Shown here in pieces: positions 27,982 through 38,221 of a DNA stretch of 64,000 nt. The position numbers and the translations under genes were made by a program. The notes beneath the pieces were generated by a model, which saw only the letters and a list, made by a program, of their open reading frames with translations, was not told the origin of the DNA and did no database searches. Numbering within the stretch: position 1 is the first letter of the stretch; each line of letters starts with the position of its first letter. The DNA comes from Candidatus Saccharimonadales bacterium (lineage in GTDB: Bacteria; Patescibacteriota; Saccharimonadia; Saccharimonadales; JACDBH01): contig JBGSWE010000007.1 of assembly GCA_041752595.1 (NCBI GenBank), positions 76,692 to 140,691 on the forward strand, in the 5' to 3' direction.

Positions 27982-30089
27982 TAGTTGTTGTTTCGATCTG
28001 TGCCAAGACTATCGGCAACTGATATTATTTTACGCGCCTCACCACTGTCTGTATTAACAACATAATCAGCTGTTTCCTTGCTATCTTTGACTCTGAATAC
28101 AACTACGTTATCATCAAGCCAATATATTGGTGTTTTTAAACCAATAATATTTGCAAGTTCACGGTCTTTTCGTGCAACTTTATCGTATACAAGCAGTACA
28201 CCCTTGTCGTCTCTTTTATCTACCCATAGGCTGAAATTATTATTATAATTATCGTAATAAAATCTGTTTGTTTGAGAGCTTGGCTGCTGACTGGGTATCG
28301 CTTTACTGCCACCGTTTAACGAAAAACTATACCAGCTTGATCCAATATTAATGTCTACAGCCTCATACGATGTTCTTTGCAGCTGAAATGCCTCGTTGGG
28401 TTCAAGAATAGTTTGGCGATCTTCTGCTAGAACATTAACCGAATAAACTCCTGGTGAAGTATCTTGTATAAAAGCATTGGACGGAGCGTATATCACCCTA
28501 TCTCCGACTATTAAAATATCATTAAATGCATTTGCGCTGGCAAGTTGTTTTGTATCGGCTATATTCTGCGAATTAACGCTGACTATTCTATGCCGCTCTG
28601 GATCGGTACCGTCGACATCATTAGCAATCTTAACGTATATTAATCTTCCAGTTTTTGACCAACCAATTATATTTATTTTTTCTGACTGATCAACTTTAAT
28701 TAGACTACCGCTAGATGTGTCGACAATATATAGCGTACTTAGCAAATAACCACTTGGGCTTGTTGCTCTCTCCCTAGTTGATACCAGTGCGGCAGTAGAT
28801 GATTTTTGATTAGGAACATAGGCAATGTCATCACGCTCAAGTCCCGTACCTTGTACTATCTTTTGCTCGTTTTTGCCGTCAATATCAATTGAATAAACAT
28901 CGTATTTTCCTGAACGTTTTGATACAAACGAATGCTTACGAGCCGAAACCATCTCAACACTTTGTACTTCTTTATTTGCTACATTAACGGAAACTTTTTC
29001 ATCTCTATAATTTTCAGAACTAATTAATATTTCTACTTGAGCATCATCATTTAAGTTTGCTGTATCTAGAGTTATAATTAGTTTTCCGTCCTTATCTGAA
29101 ATTGCGTTACCGTCTCCGGACGATGCTTGAGCACCCTCGATTGGTTTACCGCTTAAAAAATCTTTAATTATAAACGTATATTGAGCTCCAATTGCTTTTA
29201 TAGGAAATTCTCCGATGGGGTTACTGCCCCAGCCAATAGTAATTGATTTTTCTACCGATGAAAAAGCTCGTTTTTCTATAATTAGTTTTGTATCTCCGAG
29301 CGGTAGGTCGGTGAGTCGTGCTATTCCTTCTGAATCTGTTTCTGCTACAGACGTGCCGGCGCTTACAGAAACGTTTTTTAGTGGCAATTGAGTTTCACTA
29401 TCGATAACCTTAAGTGACATGGTTGATCGCACGCCCGATGTGTTTAACAAATAATATCTAGTTTGTGGCGTAAATCCTATTCCTGCCGTAATAAGTAAAG
29501 TAAATACAAATAACCCCCACCTAAAACTAGAATGAGAAAATAATCTAGCAATAAATGATCTTTTCTTAGGTGATTTAGCTATTTCAGTTAACTCACGATC
29601 TTCGTCCTCTGCTTCTAGAACCAGGTCGGCTTCTTGGGCTACTATATCTTCTATTGCCTTAACAGTAACAGGATCGTCAGGTATTCCGTCTTCATTAATG
29701 CTTATGTTTTCAATTACTTCATCATTAGGTTCAACATCAACTATTACTTCTTCGGTTTCATCTACTTTAATGCTGCTAACTTCTTCTATTTCGGGCACCT
29801 CGTCAGACGCTTGATCTTTGACCTCTGTATCATCTAAATTTAATGGCTCTAACTCTGGTGCCGTTTCATTCGAACTATCTTTAATAACATCGATCTTTAT
29901 ACCTTCACTAAGCGACTCTAGTTCTCTGTTGGTGTCTTCTGTAGCTGTTTTTAGATCCCTAGTTTCAGAATCCTTAATAATTTTAATAGAGCTCTTGCCT
30001 GTAGGTAGAGCCGTATATAAATCAGCAAATTTACCAATTTTGGTATTTTTTGCTTTCTCTTTAGGAGGAATTTCAGGAGCGCTATCCAT
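27978..30089 (-). CDS. Bitopic surface protein with carboxypeptidase-regulatory-like repeats and a TolB-like beta-propeller
   Basis: Acidic N-terminus, TM, two 'D..T..PL..V.V...TD..G' Ig-like repeats, and FVSKRSGKYDVYSIDIDG. Confidence 0.65.
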   Translation of the reverse strand: MDSAPEIPPKEKAKNTKIGKFADLYTALPTGKSSIKIIKDSETRDLKTATEDTNRELESLSEGIKIDVIKDSSNETAPELEPLNLDDTEVKDQASDEVPEIEEVSSIKVDETEEVIVDVEPNDEVIENISINEDGIPDDPVTVKAIEDIVAQEADLVLEAEDEDRELTEIAKSPKKRSFIARLFSHSSFRWGLFVFTLLITAGIGFTPQTRYYLLNTSGVRSTMSLKVIDSETQLPLKNVSVSAGTSVAETDSEGIARLTDLPLGDTKLIIEKRAFSSVEKSITIGWGSNPIGEFPIKAIGAQYTFIIKDFLSGKPIEGAQASSGDGNAISDKDGKLIITLDTANLNDDAQVEILISSENYRDEKVSVNVANKEVQSVEMVSARKHSFVSKRSGKYDVYSIDIDGKNEQKIVQGTGLERDDIAYVPNQKSSTAALVSTRERATSPSGYLLSTLYIVDTSSGSLIKVDQSEKINIIGWSKTGRLIYVKIANDVDGTDPERHRIVSVNSQNIADTKQLASANAFNDILIVGDRVIYAPSNAFIQDTSPGVYSVNVLAEDRQTILEPNEAFQLQRTSYEAVDINIGSSWYSFSLNGGSKAIPSQQPSSQTNRFYYDNYNNNFSLWVDKRDDKGVLLVYDKVARKDRELANIIGLKTPIYWLDDNVVVFRVKDSKETADYVVNTDSGEARKIISVADSLGTDRNNNY

Positions 30090-30143
30090 TATTACAAATT
30101 ATAACAAAGCATAACCTTTTATACCCCATGCTTAGATCTAGGG

Positions 30144-30578
30144 CTATTTACGCTTTTTAGCTGAGCTTTTTTTACGTTTGTTTGGAGATGATTTCTTTTT
30201 GGCAGTAGATTTGCTAGCTGGTTTTGTGCTGGAACTTGATTTTTTAACTGTTGCCTTCGACGGCGCAACTTCTGGAGTTGATTCTTCAATTGTTTCCTTA
30301 AGTAGTTTATAGAAAACATATCCACCAATTACAACTATTAATATAATCCCTACGATCCAGCTTGTTGGAAGGCCTTCATTAACAACATTAGTGCTGCCGC
30401 CACTAATAGGCTCACCGGTGGTTTCTACTGTTAGGTTTTCGGTTGATTCATTTAGTGAATTTGGTGGGGCGGTTTCTTGAAAATCAGAAGATTCATTTCC
30501 GCGGGGAGTTGATGTGTCTTGTGGGTTATCGCTGCCTTGAGCATTTTGCGTGTTGCTTTGTGGGTTACTTGAGTCCAA
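30144..30578 (-). CDS. Hypothetical membrane protein with Lys-rich tail
   Basis: TTG start with an AAGGA SD; disordered N-terminus, one TM and a K/S-rich C-terminus. Confidence 0.55.
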   Translation of the reverse strand: MDSSNPQSNTQNAQGSDNPQDTSTPRGNESSDFQETAPPNSLNESTENLTVETTGEPISGGSTNVVNEGLPTSWIVGIILIVVIGGYVFYKLLKETIEESTPEVAPSKATVKKSSSSTKPASKSTAKKKSSPNKRKKSSAKKRK

Positions 30579-30787
30579 GGTATATCCTTATTAACTATTT
30601 AATGTTTATGCTTAGTTACATCATAACAAATTTTTATAATCGAATAAATATCATTTACATTCATAAGGTGTAGATATTTTAAGAACATAATGATTGTCGT
30701 GAAATTACCGTGAAATGTAGATGGAGCATCTATGAATCTGTGGCAAGCTGGTAATTTTGAAATCTCTTGATAATCCTTAAGTGCTAA

Positions 30788-31348
30788 TTACCGTAAAGCA
30801 ATACGGGCATCATGATCACTGGCTAATTGAGTCAAGCGATTTTGATGTAACTCTGGCAGTGCTTCGGGTGTAATGCCGTACTGTCTGCCAGCCGCTTCTG
30901 CAGAAAAATGAATCAATACGGCAGCGTTCATAATAAAATCATATAAATCATCTTCATCGTCCACCATTGGCACTAAGAAGTCATCTAGATCCCCTCTTGC
31001 TTCTACAAGAGTTGTGTAGATTTTGGCTTTATTAACCGTTAAGATACCTGGTTTAAGCGCTTCAGCACCTGCATCAAGTTCGCGATCCTGCGCAAAAGAA
31101 ATATCAGCTAATTGGGTTCGGCATATGCAAAGGTCTGGAATTACTTCACCCAATACGACTGCGCGCATTTCTGGTTTTTCCCACCCATTGTTTGCCCAAT
31201 GAATTAGTTTACGACTTGTAATTTTGCCTAAACTAGTACCTATGAGTGCAACTTTTTGAGCTATTGGATCAAGTTCTGCATAGCCGCTTGATGGATCGAG
31301 GTATTTCTTGTCGAACAATCGTTGTTCATTTCTAAGGAGATTTGACAT
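30788..31348 (-). CDS. Hypothetical protein
   Basis: 186-aa ORF with SD GGAAGGGA; no recognised motif. Confidence 0.55.
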   Translation of the reverse strand: MSNLLRNEQRLFDKKYLDPSSGYAELDPIAQKVALIGTSLGKITSRKLIHWANNGWEKPEMRAVVLGEVIPDLCICRTQLADISFAQDRELDAGAEALKPGILTVNKAKIYTTLVEARGDLDDFLVPMVDDEDDLYDFIMNAAVLIHFSAEAAGRQYGITPEALPELHQNRLTQLASDHDARIALR

Positions 31349-31389
31349 CTAAGTCCCTTCCCCACCCCTTAAATTTTACTAATTATACC

Positions 31390-33138
31390 TTACTTTAGTG
31401 ATTTTATGCCGAGTTCTTTAACGGCTTTGGGGTCTGCGCTGGACGGTGAGTTCATCATGACGTCTACACCGCTGCCGTTTTTGGGGAACGCTATAACTTC
31501 ACGGATGTTCTCTTCGTTTGTTAAGACCATAAATATACGGTCAAGGCCGAATGCACAGCCTGCATGAGGTGGTGCCCCGAACTTAAAGGCGCTTAGCATA
31601 GCCCCGAACTTAGACTCTACATACTCTTTATCGTAGCCAAGCACATCAAAAACACGGTACATTACCTCAGGATTATGGTTTCTGACTGCTCCAGAGCAAA
31701 TTTCATAACCATTGGCCACCATATCGTATTGGTCTGCAACTATGCCAAGTTTGTCATCACTTTCAAGCGCTTCTAGACCACCTTTAGGCATACTAAACGG
31801 GTTGTGCCCAAAATCTAGTTTATTGAGTTTTTCGTCAAATTCGTAAAATGGAAAATCTATAATCCAGGCTAGAGCAACGGTGTCCGGATCTTTTAAATCT
31901 AACTTATCGCCCAGGTAACTGCGTAAACTGCCGAGTACTTTGTTAACTTTTTCTAATTTGTCGGAACCAAAAATAATAGTATCGCCGTCATTAGCTTCAA
32001 GTTTGGTGACTATTTTGTTTAAATCTTCTGGACTAAAAAACTTAGCGATTGATGCCGTTGCTTGTCCGTTTTCTATAACCATATAAGGCATACCACCAGC
32101 ACCTTCGGCCTTGGCTTTTTCGGTCATTTCATCTATTTGAGATCTACTGAACTGTGATGATACCTTAATAGCTTTGACTGCCCCACCCTGAGAAATTGCA
32201 TTAGTAAATACACCAAATCCGCAATCTCTTAGTTCGTCGGTTAGGTCAGTTAGTTCCATGCCAAATCGCAGATCGGGTTTGTCGCTACCGTATTTATTCA
32301 TAGCGTCGGCATAAGTAATTCTGGGGATTGAATCGCTTAGTAATTTCTTGCCGCCAAACTCGGTCACCAGATTTTTGATGAGTGGCTCCATTGTTGAGCG
32401 AACTTCTTCGCCGTTATCAACAAAAGACATCTCAAGATCGAGTTGATAGAAATCACCATAAAGTCTATCGGCGCGTGGGTCTTCATCCCTAAAACAAGTT
32501 GCTATTTGGTAATAACGAGGCACACCGCCAACCATAAGCAACTGCTTGAACTGCTGTGGAGCCTGTGGCAATGCGTAGAACATACCTTGGTGAACCCTAG
32601 ATGGTACCAAAAAATCTCGAGCGCCTTCTGGGCTAGAGTTAGCAAGAATTGGAGTTGCAACCTCAGTAAAATCATTTGATTCCATGTATTTCCGAATATA
32701 GGTATAGTATTCTGCTCGCTTTTTTAAAGTATCCTGCATTTTTGGTCTACGTAAATCCAAATATCTATATCGCAGTCGATTATCTTCGTTTATGTACTGC
32801 GTTGAATTCACCTGTATAGGCAGTGCCTCTGATTTGTTTAAAATTATCAGAGACTCAACCAGCAACTCTACTGAACCAGTTCGGATTTTTGGATTTTTTA
32901 GATCTTCTGATCGCTCAGTAATTTTGCCTGTAGCTTCTATGACATATTCGTCTCTAAGCTCTTCGGCAGTACCAAACCCTTCACTTCCATCACCAATTGT
33001 TAATTGAATAATGCCAGTGTGATCCCTAAGATCAATGAATATAAGCCCGCCGTGATCTCTTCTGCTATGCACCCAACCCTGGACCTTAATTGTTTCGCTA
33101 ATATTGCCGAGCGTCTCAATAGCTAGTGTTCGTTTCAT
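31390..33138 (-). CDS. aspS: Aspartate--tRNA ligase, likely non-discriminating
   Basis: RRDHGGLIFIDLRD, YLDLRR, EGARDF, PQAPQQFKQLLM, FRDED and GAPPHAG; the His in RDHGG is the non-discriminating-type residue. Confidence 0.97.
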   Translation of the reverse strand: MKRTLAIETLGNISETIKVQGWVHSRRDHGGLIFIDLRDHTGIIQLTIGDGSEGFGTAEELRDEYVIEATGKITERSEDLKNPKIRTGSVELLVESLIILNKSEALPIQVNSTQYINEDNRLRYRYLDLRRPKMQDTLKKRAEYYTYIRKYMESNDFTEVATPILANSSPEGARDFLVPSRVHQGMFYALPQAPQQFKQLLMVGGVPRYYQIATCFRDEDPRADRLYGDFYQLDLEMSFVDNGEEVRSTMEPLIKNLVTEFGGKKLLSDSIPRITYADAMNKYGSDKPDLRFGMELTDLTDELRDCGFGVFTNAISQGGAVKAIKVSSQFSRSQIDEMTEKAKAEGAGGMPYMVIENGQATASIAKFFSPEDLNKIVTKLEANDGDTIIFGSDKLEKVNKVLGSLRSYLGDKLDLKDPDTVALAWIIDFPFYEFDEKLNKLDFGHNPFSMPKGGLEALESDDKLGIVADQYDMVANGYEICSGAVRNHNPEVMYRVFDVLGYDKEYVESKFGAMLSAFKFGAPPHAGCAFGLDRIFMVLTNEENIREVIAFPKNGSGVDVMMNSPSSADPKAVKELGIKSLK

Positions 33139-33179
33139 TATAATTCCTTGTAAGATTAACTATGATTCAGACTGAGTTT

Positions 33180-33224
33180 TGGGTCAATGACAAGTTAGCC
33201 GCTGAAGTGCTGCTTGCCGACCCA
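33180..33224 (-). promoter_or_regulatory. Structured leader hairpin upstream of aspS
   Basis: Minus strand nested stems TGGGTC/GACCCA, GGCAAG/CTTGTC and AGC/GCT, about 40 nt before the ATG. Confidence 0.45.
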
Positions 33225-33262
33225 TGGATTACTATTTAAGTTCAATCTTTGCATATCAGGGG

Positions 33263-34270
33263 TTATTCTACCATTTTAATCTGTTTTCGTATAATTTTTG
33301 CCTTAGCATCGGCAACATCACGCATACTGTCATATTTATCAAACTCATCAACTATCGGCTTACCCAGCACCTGCTCTACAACGTCCTCTATCGTTACTAG
33401 CCCTGTAACTTCTGCAAACTCGTTTACCACTAGAAACATGTGTTGTTTTGTACGGATAAAAGCTTGCAGAACATGGTCTAGCTCGCGGTTTTCGTTTACA
33501 TAACGAACAGGCTTATGCATTAGTTCACCAACAACCATATGTCTTTTTAGGTCATGGAGGTCTTTGGTATATAAAATTCCTGCTTTATGATCTGAATCAG
33601 TTGGCAGTACGGGAAACCTCGAATGACCGCTTTTATGTAATTCATCCAATAATACTGGACTTAGTACGTCATCCTCTTTTACAGAAACCACTACGCTTCT
33701 TGGTGTCATAATGTCATAAACCGTTTTTTCACCGAACTCTAAACTATGCTTTAGAATCCTTAGTTCATCTGAAGATAGGTCCGTATTAGACGGAGTAACA
33801 GTGTTTAGCATATTTGATAACTCACTGCGCGTGGTCATTACAGGCTGTTCTGAAATGTATTTATCCAATACCCGGCCCAAGGGTTTTGTAATAAAACTAA
33901 GAAGTTGGGAAAGGGCCAGCAACCAATTCGATGTTCTAAATAATATTTTTATGCCAACTGGCTTTAAATATAGCTCGCCCAGCACTACTGAAATAACAAA
34001 AATAATAGTTGCACCAATAAACCAAGATAATAAACCCCACAGCTGTGAACCTATCATCACCAGAGTACCGCTAAGTGTAAGTGCTCTAAAAATTTCAATA
34101 GTTAATAGTACTGACGATCCACTAGATTTAAGCGGATACAAAGCTTTTGATATTTCGTCACCCTTACGAGCCCAATAACGAAGCTGAGGCGTAGACAAAC
34201 TCCTAAAAGCAATCGACATTGCTGTTAACAAAACAGATAAGGCTAATCCAACTATAATTAATAAAAACAT
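33263..34270 (-). CDS. CNNM/DUF21 plus CBS-pair protein (CorC/hemolysin-like)
   Basis: N-terminal TMs, IMTPRS, GHSRFPV and GLVTIEDVVEQVLG. Confidence 0.85.
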   Translation of the reverse strand: MFLLIIVGLALSVLLTAMSIAFRSLSTPQLRYWARKGDEISKALYPLKSSGSSVLLTIEIFRALTLSGTLVMIGSQLWGLLSWFIGATIIFVISVVLGELYLKPVGIKILFRTSNWLLALSQLLSFITKPLGRVLDKYISEQPVMTTRSELSNMLNTVTPSNTDLSSDELRILKHSLEFGEKTVYDIMTPRSVVVSVKEDDVLSPVLLDELHKSGHSRFPVLPTDSDHKAGILYTKDLHDLKRHMVVGELMHKPVRYVNENRELDHVLQAFIRTKQHMFLVVNEFAEVTGLVTIEDVVEQVLGKPIVDEFDKYDSMRDVADAKAKIIRKQIKMVE

Positions 34271-34363
34271 TATAGGAATATTGTAGCACTCCTTATGGTT
34301 TAAACATTTAATACCAGCTAATTTTCAGGTATGATGTATAGTATCTGAAACAAGGGGTAATTT

Positions 34364-35062
34364 ATGAATAAAAAAACTATAGGAATAATTATTGGTGCGA
34401 TATTGCTAGTAGCAGGATTTTTTTACTTTACTAAGCCTGCAGAAAAAGGCAGTGCCGAACCTACCAACCATACTTTTGGTACAAGTAGTAGCGGTGTAAC
34501 ACTAACTGAATATGCCGATTTTCAATGTCCTGCCTGCGCTGCATATCATCCAATTTTGAAACAACTAAAAGTAGATTATGACGGTTACGTAGTATTCCAG
34601 TTCCGTCATTTCCCACTAGAAGCACTACACAAAAACGCTCGTGCAGCTGGCAGAGCCGCCGAAGCCGCAAGCAACCAAGGTAAATTCTGGGAAATGCATG
34701 ATTATTTGTTTGAGAATCAACAACAATGGCAAGATACTAGCGACCCTCTGAGTCTTTTCGAGAGTTACGCAGAACAAGTTGGTGTTACCGATTTAGCCAA
34801 ATTCACTACAGATTATCGTAGTAGTACTGTAAACGACCTAATTAATGCCGACCTAGATGCTGGGCGAGCTCTAGGCGTTGAGTCTACACCTACATTCTTG
34901 ATAGATGGTAAGGTTCTCGACGAAAACCCATCTGGATCTATAGAATCATTCGCCGTACTTTTAGACGAAGCAATCAAAGCCAAGGGCGGCACCCCTCCAG
35001 CCTTTAGAACCGAACAACCAGCCACATCAGAAACACCTGTTACCCCTGCGCCACAACAGTAA
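34364..35062 (+). CDS. DsbA-family thiol-disulfide oxidoreductase
   Basis: N-terminal anchor, EYADFQCPAC, FRHFPL, QGKFWEMHD and GVESTPTF. Confidence 0.92.
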   Translation: MNKKTIGIIIGAILLVAGFFYFTKPAEKGSAEPTNHTFGTSSSGVTLTEYADFQCPACAAYHPILKQLKVDYDGYVVFQFRHFPLEALHKNARAAGRAAEAASNQGKFWEMHDYLFENQQQWQDTSDPLSLFESYAEQVGVTDLAKFTTDYRSSTVNDLINADLDAGRALGVESTPTFLIDGKVLDENPSGSIESFAVLLDEAIKAKGGTPPAFRTEQPATSETPVTPAPQQ

Positions 35063-35064
35063 AT

Positions 35065-35116
35065 AAAAAATCCACCTAAACTAACTCCATATATGGAACT
35101 AATTGGGTGGATTTTT
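35065..35116. terminator. Bidirectional terminator-like hairpin
   Basis: aaaaatccacc...ggtggattttt outer stem with an inner tccatatatgga stem. Confidence 0.7.
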
Positions 35117-35207
35117 AGTAGTTAATAAACTGTTGCCATGGAGCTCTTTTGATACGTACTTCTACGCTAGCAGGGCGACTAGTTACAACTTTTACCTTTA
35201 TTGGCAT
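35115..35207 (-). CDS. Putative 30-aa small protein MPIKVKVVTSRPASVEVRIKRAPWQQFINY
   Basis: Purine-rich SD (GAGAGAG) before the ATG; the stop codon abuts a terminator hairpin. Confidence 0.45.
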   Translation of the reverse strand: MPIKVKVVTSRPASVEVRIKRAPWQQFINY

Positions 35208-35433
35208 AGCTCTCTCTTCTCTGTTCTAACTACAACACATATGCCTTATCAGGCTTGGTTTGTAATTATGATGTTATTTTTTGTTTTCCATAATGCAGCT
35301 CGCATCTGCTATTTGGGATAAGTTGATAATACTTGTGTTTATTGATTCAGTCAAGCTTAATTTATAATTCCATTGAACATTCTTCGGCACTAATTTTAAT
35401 AAGCCATAAAACATTTATTTACGAATGGCAAAA

Positions 35434-35850
35434 CTATTTTTTTCGTTTGTGATGAGCGGCTTCTAGTTTGGCGTGAAACTTTTTGATTGCTGGATGGCCC
35501 GTTTGTTCATGTACGCGCCTAAACTCTTCGGTAACGTGACCAAGCTCTTCATCACTTAAGTCTTCTATATCCATAAAACTATCTCTTGCATGAGTTGCAC
35601 GTATTAGTTCATCTAATTTTAACTGCATCGCTTTAGCATCACGATTTTGTGTATTTTGAATCAAAAATACCATTAAGAACGTAACTACGGTTGTGCAGGT
35701 ATTTATGACAAGTTGCCAAGTGTTACTGTAATCAAACAACGATCCAGTTAATGCCCAAACAACAACTATACTTACAGCTATGCCGAAAGCCCATGGACTA
35801 CCAACACCCTTAGATATTGCATGTGCAGTTTTTCTGAAAGATTCCTTCAT
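35434..35850 (-). CDS. Low-affinity iron permease family protein (Fet4-like)
   Basis: GSPWAF, WQLVINT.TT..TFLMVFLIQNTQNRD..AMQLKLDELIRA. Confidence 0.88.
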   Translation of the reverse strand: MKESFRKTAHAISKGVGSPWAFGIAVSIVVVWALTGSLFDYSNTWQLVINTCTTVVTFLMVFLIQNTQNRDAKAMQLKLDELIRATHARDSFMDIEDLSDEELGHVTEEFRRVHEQTGHPAIKKFHAKLEAAHHKRKK

Positions 35851-35885
35851 ATCTGCTAGAATACCACGAGGGGAATAATAAAAAC

Positions 35886-37592
35886 ATGGATTCAATTTTT
35901 ATAGAACTTAGCGTAGTTATTGCTGTAGCTGTAAGCATGAGCCTCTTTATGCGCATTATTAGACAGCCGCTTATTATTGGACACATTCTAACGGGCCTTC
36001 TAGTTGGGCCTACTGTATTTAACCTTGTTAAATCGACAGAAACTATTGATGTATTCTCAGAGTTTGGTATTGCCTTGCTGTTATTTATCGTTGGACTTGG
36101 CCTGAATCCTCGAATTATAAAAGAAGTGGGTAAAGTTGCTGGTGCTATAGCATTTGTAAAAATAGCTGTAGTAACAAGCCTGGGCTTTTTAATTTGTAGT
36201 GCTTTAGGATTTGGTACAACCGAATCATTGCTTTTAGGTATAGGGCTTTCATTTAGTAGTACTATCATCATTCTTAAACTATTAGCTGACAAAAAAGAGC
36301 TTTCTAGGTTATACGGTAAAATTTCTATTGGTTTCTTACTCGTAGAAGATATTGTTGCAACTTTCTTGCTCGTCATTGTAGCTGCATACGCTTCAAGCGG
36401 CGGAATAAATCCTGGTGAGCTTGGGTTACTTGTTGCTAAGTTTGCCGGGCTGATTACTTTCTTAGTTCTTGTTCGAATTATATTCATAAACCATATGACC
36501 AACCTGATTGCAAAAAGTCAGGACTTTTTATTTCTTTTTGCAATTGGTTGGGCGCTAGGTATTGCTGCACTATTTCAGTACGTTGGATTTAGCCTAGAGA
36601 TTGGAGCACTTGTGGGGGGTGTTGTGTTAGCTAGCCTTCCTTATGCTCAGGAAATATCGTCACGCTTAAAGATACTAAGAGATTTCTTTATTGTCTTATT
36701 CTTTATAGGCCTTGGGTCTCACTTAAAGCTTGATAACATTACCAATGTACTACCCCAAGCAGTATTATTATCTATGTTAGTTCTTATAATAAATCCTCTT
36801 ATTGTTATGAGTGTTATGGGGCTCGGTGGTTATACCAAAAAGACAAGCTTTAAAACTGGCATGACCGGTTCACAGGTTTCTGAGTTCTCACTTATTTTGC
36901 TACTCTTAGCCGAAAAATCAGGTCTAATAGGAATACGTTCAGTATCGTTATTGACCATGGTGGCCTTAATAACAATTGCCGTTTCCACTTATATGATCCT
37001 TTACTCAGACAATTTATATAGTTTCTTTGAGCGTTACTTAAGATTTTTCGAACGTAAGAAGGTAAAGGAACACAAAGAAAAGCGCGAACATTACGAGTTA
37101 GTACTCATCGGCTACCACAAAGGCGGTCATGAATTCTTGAAAGTATTTAAGTCACTAAAAAAGAAATACATAATCGTAGATTATGATCCACAGGTTATTG
37201 ATGTTCTTGATAATCGTGGTGAGCCGTTCTTATATGGTGACGTTACAGATCTGGAACTGTTGGAGGAGCTTAACCTAAGCCATGCACACTTAATAGTTTC
37301 AACTATTACAGACTTGCCAACAAATTTACTGATTGCAAAATGGCTTGAAAAAAATAATCCACATGCTGTTTATATTGCAACCGCAGACGCAGCAGAAGAA
37401 GCTGCAGAGCTATACGAAGAAGGTGCGTCTTATGTTGTACTACCTCACTATATTGGCTCAGAAAAGATTAGCTCGTTTCTAAAGAAAAATGGTCTAAATA
37501 AAACAGAGTTCCGTCATTACCGCGAAAAACATTTAGCCTATTTACAGAGTCATCACGAACTTTTTGCAAGCGTATCTGGCAAAGATATATAA
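35886..37592 (+). CDS. CPA2 cation:proton antiporter with C-terminal KTN/TrkA-N domain (KefB-like)
   Basis: FSSTIII, LLVED, RDFF and QVSEFS in the membrane part, followed by a Rossmann-like domain (YGDVTD). Confidence 0.88.
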   Translation: MDSIFIELSVVIAVAVSMSLFMRIIRQPLIIGHILTGLLVGPTVFNLVKSTETIDVFSEFGIALLLFIVGLGLNPRIIKEVGKVAGAIAFVKIAVVTSLGFLICSALGFGTTESLLLGIGLSFSSTIIILKLLADKKELSRLYGKISIGFLLVEDIVATFLLVIVAAYASSGGINPGELGLLVAKFAGLITFLVLVRIIFINHMTNLIAKSQDFLFLFAIGWALGIAALFQYVGFSLEIGALVGGVVLASLPYAQEISSRLKILRDFFIVLFFIGLGSHLKLDNITNVLPQAVLLSMLVLIINPLIVMSVMGLGGYTKKTSFKTGMTGSQVSEFSLILLLLAEKSGLIGIRSVSLLTMVALITIAVSTYMILYSDNLYSFFERYLRFFERKKVKEHKEKREHYELVLIGYHKGGHEFLKVFKSLKKKYIIVDYDPQVIDVLDNRGEPFLYGDVTDLELLEELNLSHAHLIVSTITDLPTNLLIAKWLEKNNPHAVYIATADAAEEAAELYEEGASYVVLPHYIGSEKISSFLKKNGLNKTEFRHYREKHLAYLQSHHELFASVSGKDI

Positions 37593-38212
37593 AGCCAGTG
37601 TTCGTTAATATACTGCCTTATACTCTCTAGAGATTCGGGAGCATTATGGCCTTTTTGTAAGGCATTCCTAATTGTTTGTGATGACGCGGCTGGCCTATTG
37701 GTTTCTATGGCAATTCCGTGAGGTTGAATTGTTGATAATATCTGTTTTGCTCGTTCAAGCTCGTGGCCAGACCTAACGCCAGTTATTAATCTAACTGTAG
37801 ATAACAAACGCTCACTATTTGGCCAATGCCCATCACGCAGACTCTCTAGAACGTCACTACCTAGCAACAAGTGTAGTTCGTCGTGCACAAACAAACGCTG
37901 AAGCTTAGGCAGGGTGCGTGCAATAGTAAACTGCTTATCGGATAGTTCTACTACTCTAAGTGATTGATGAGGGATTAATGCTAATTTCAGCATAGCTACT
38001 CGGTGTCCATAATGTGTTACACCGGTTTTATGATACGGCAAAACATCGGGTAAAAAATAGATAAAATCAAGCGACGCAGCCTTTGCAGCAGCTAGCGCAA
38101 ACCCAATATGGCCCTTATGAACAGGATCAAAGGTACCAGAATAAATACCAATTTTCCTGGGTTTTTGTCCCACTAACTGGTTAAGGCCTTTGCTTTTTAT
38201 GATTTTAGTCAT
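37553..38212 (-). CDS. nadD: Nucleotidyltransferase, NadD-like
   Basis: GIYSGTFDPVHKGH, LLLGSD and ASSQTIR. Confidence 0.75.
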   Translation of the reverse strand: MTKIIKSKGLNQLVGQKPRKIGIYSGTFDPVHKGHIGFALAAAKAASLDFIYFLPDVLPYHKTGVTHYGHRVAMLKLALIPHQSLRVVELSDKQFTIARTLPKLQRLFVHDELHLLLGSDVLESLRDGHWPNSERLLSTVRLITGVRSGHELERAKQILSTIQPHGIAIETNRPAASSQTIRNALQKGHNAPESLESIRQYINEHWLYISLPDTLAKSS

Positions 38213-38221
38213 TAACCTATT

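Noticed and set aside
30715-30760. Fluoride riboswitch-like GAUGGAG start
   Set aside because: It lacks the downstream UGACUCCUAC-type pseudoknot partner, and there is no co-oriented gene downstream.
35103-35321. 72-aa plus-strand ORF from the track
   Set aside because: It starts inside a terminator hairpin and has no SD; the minus-strand 30-aa ORF has better signals.
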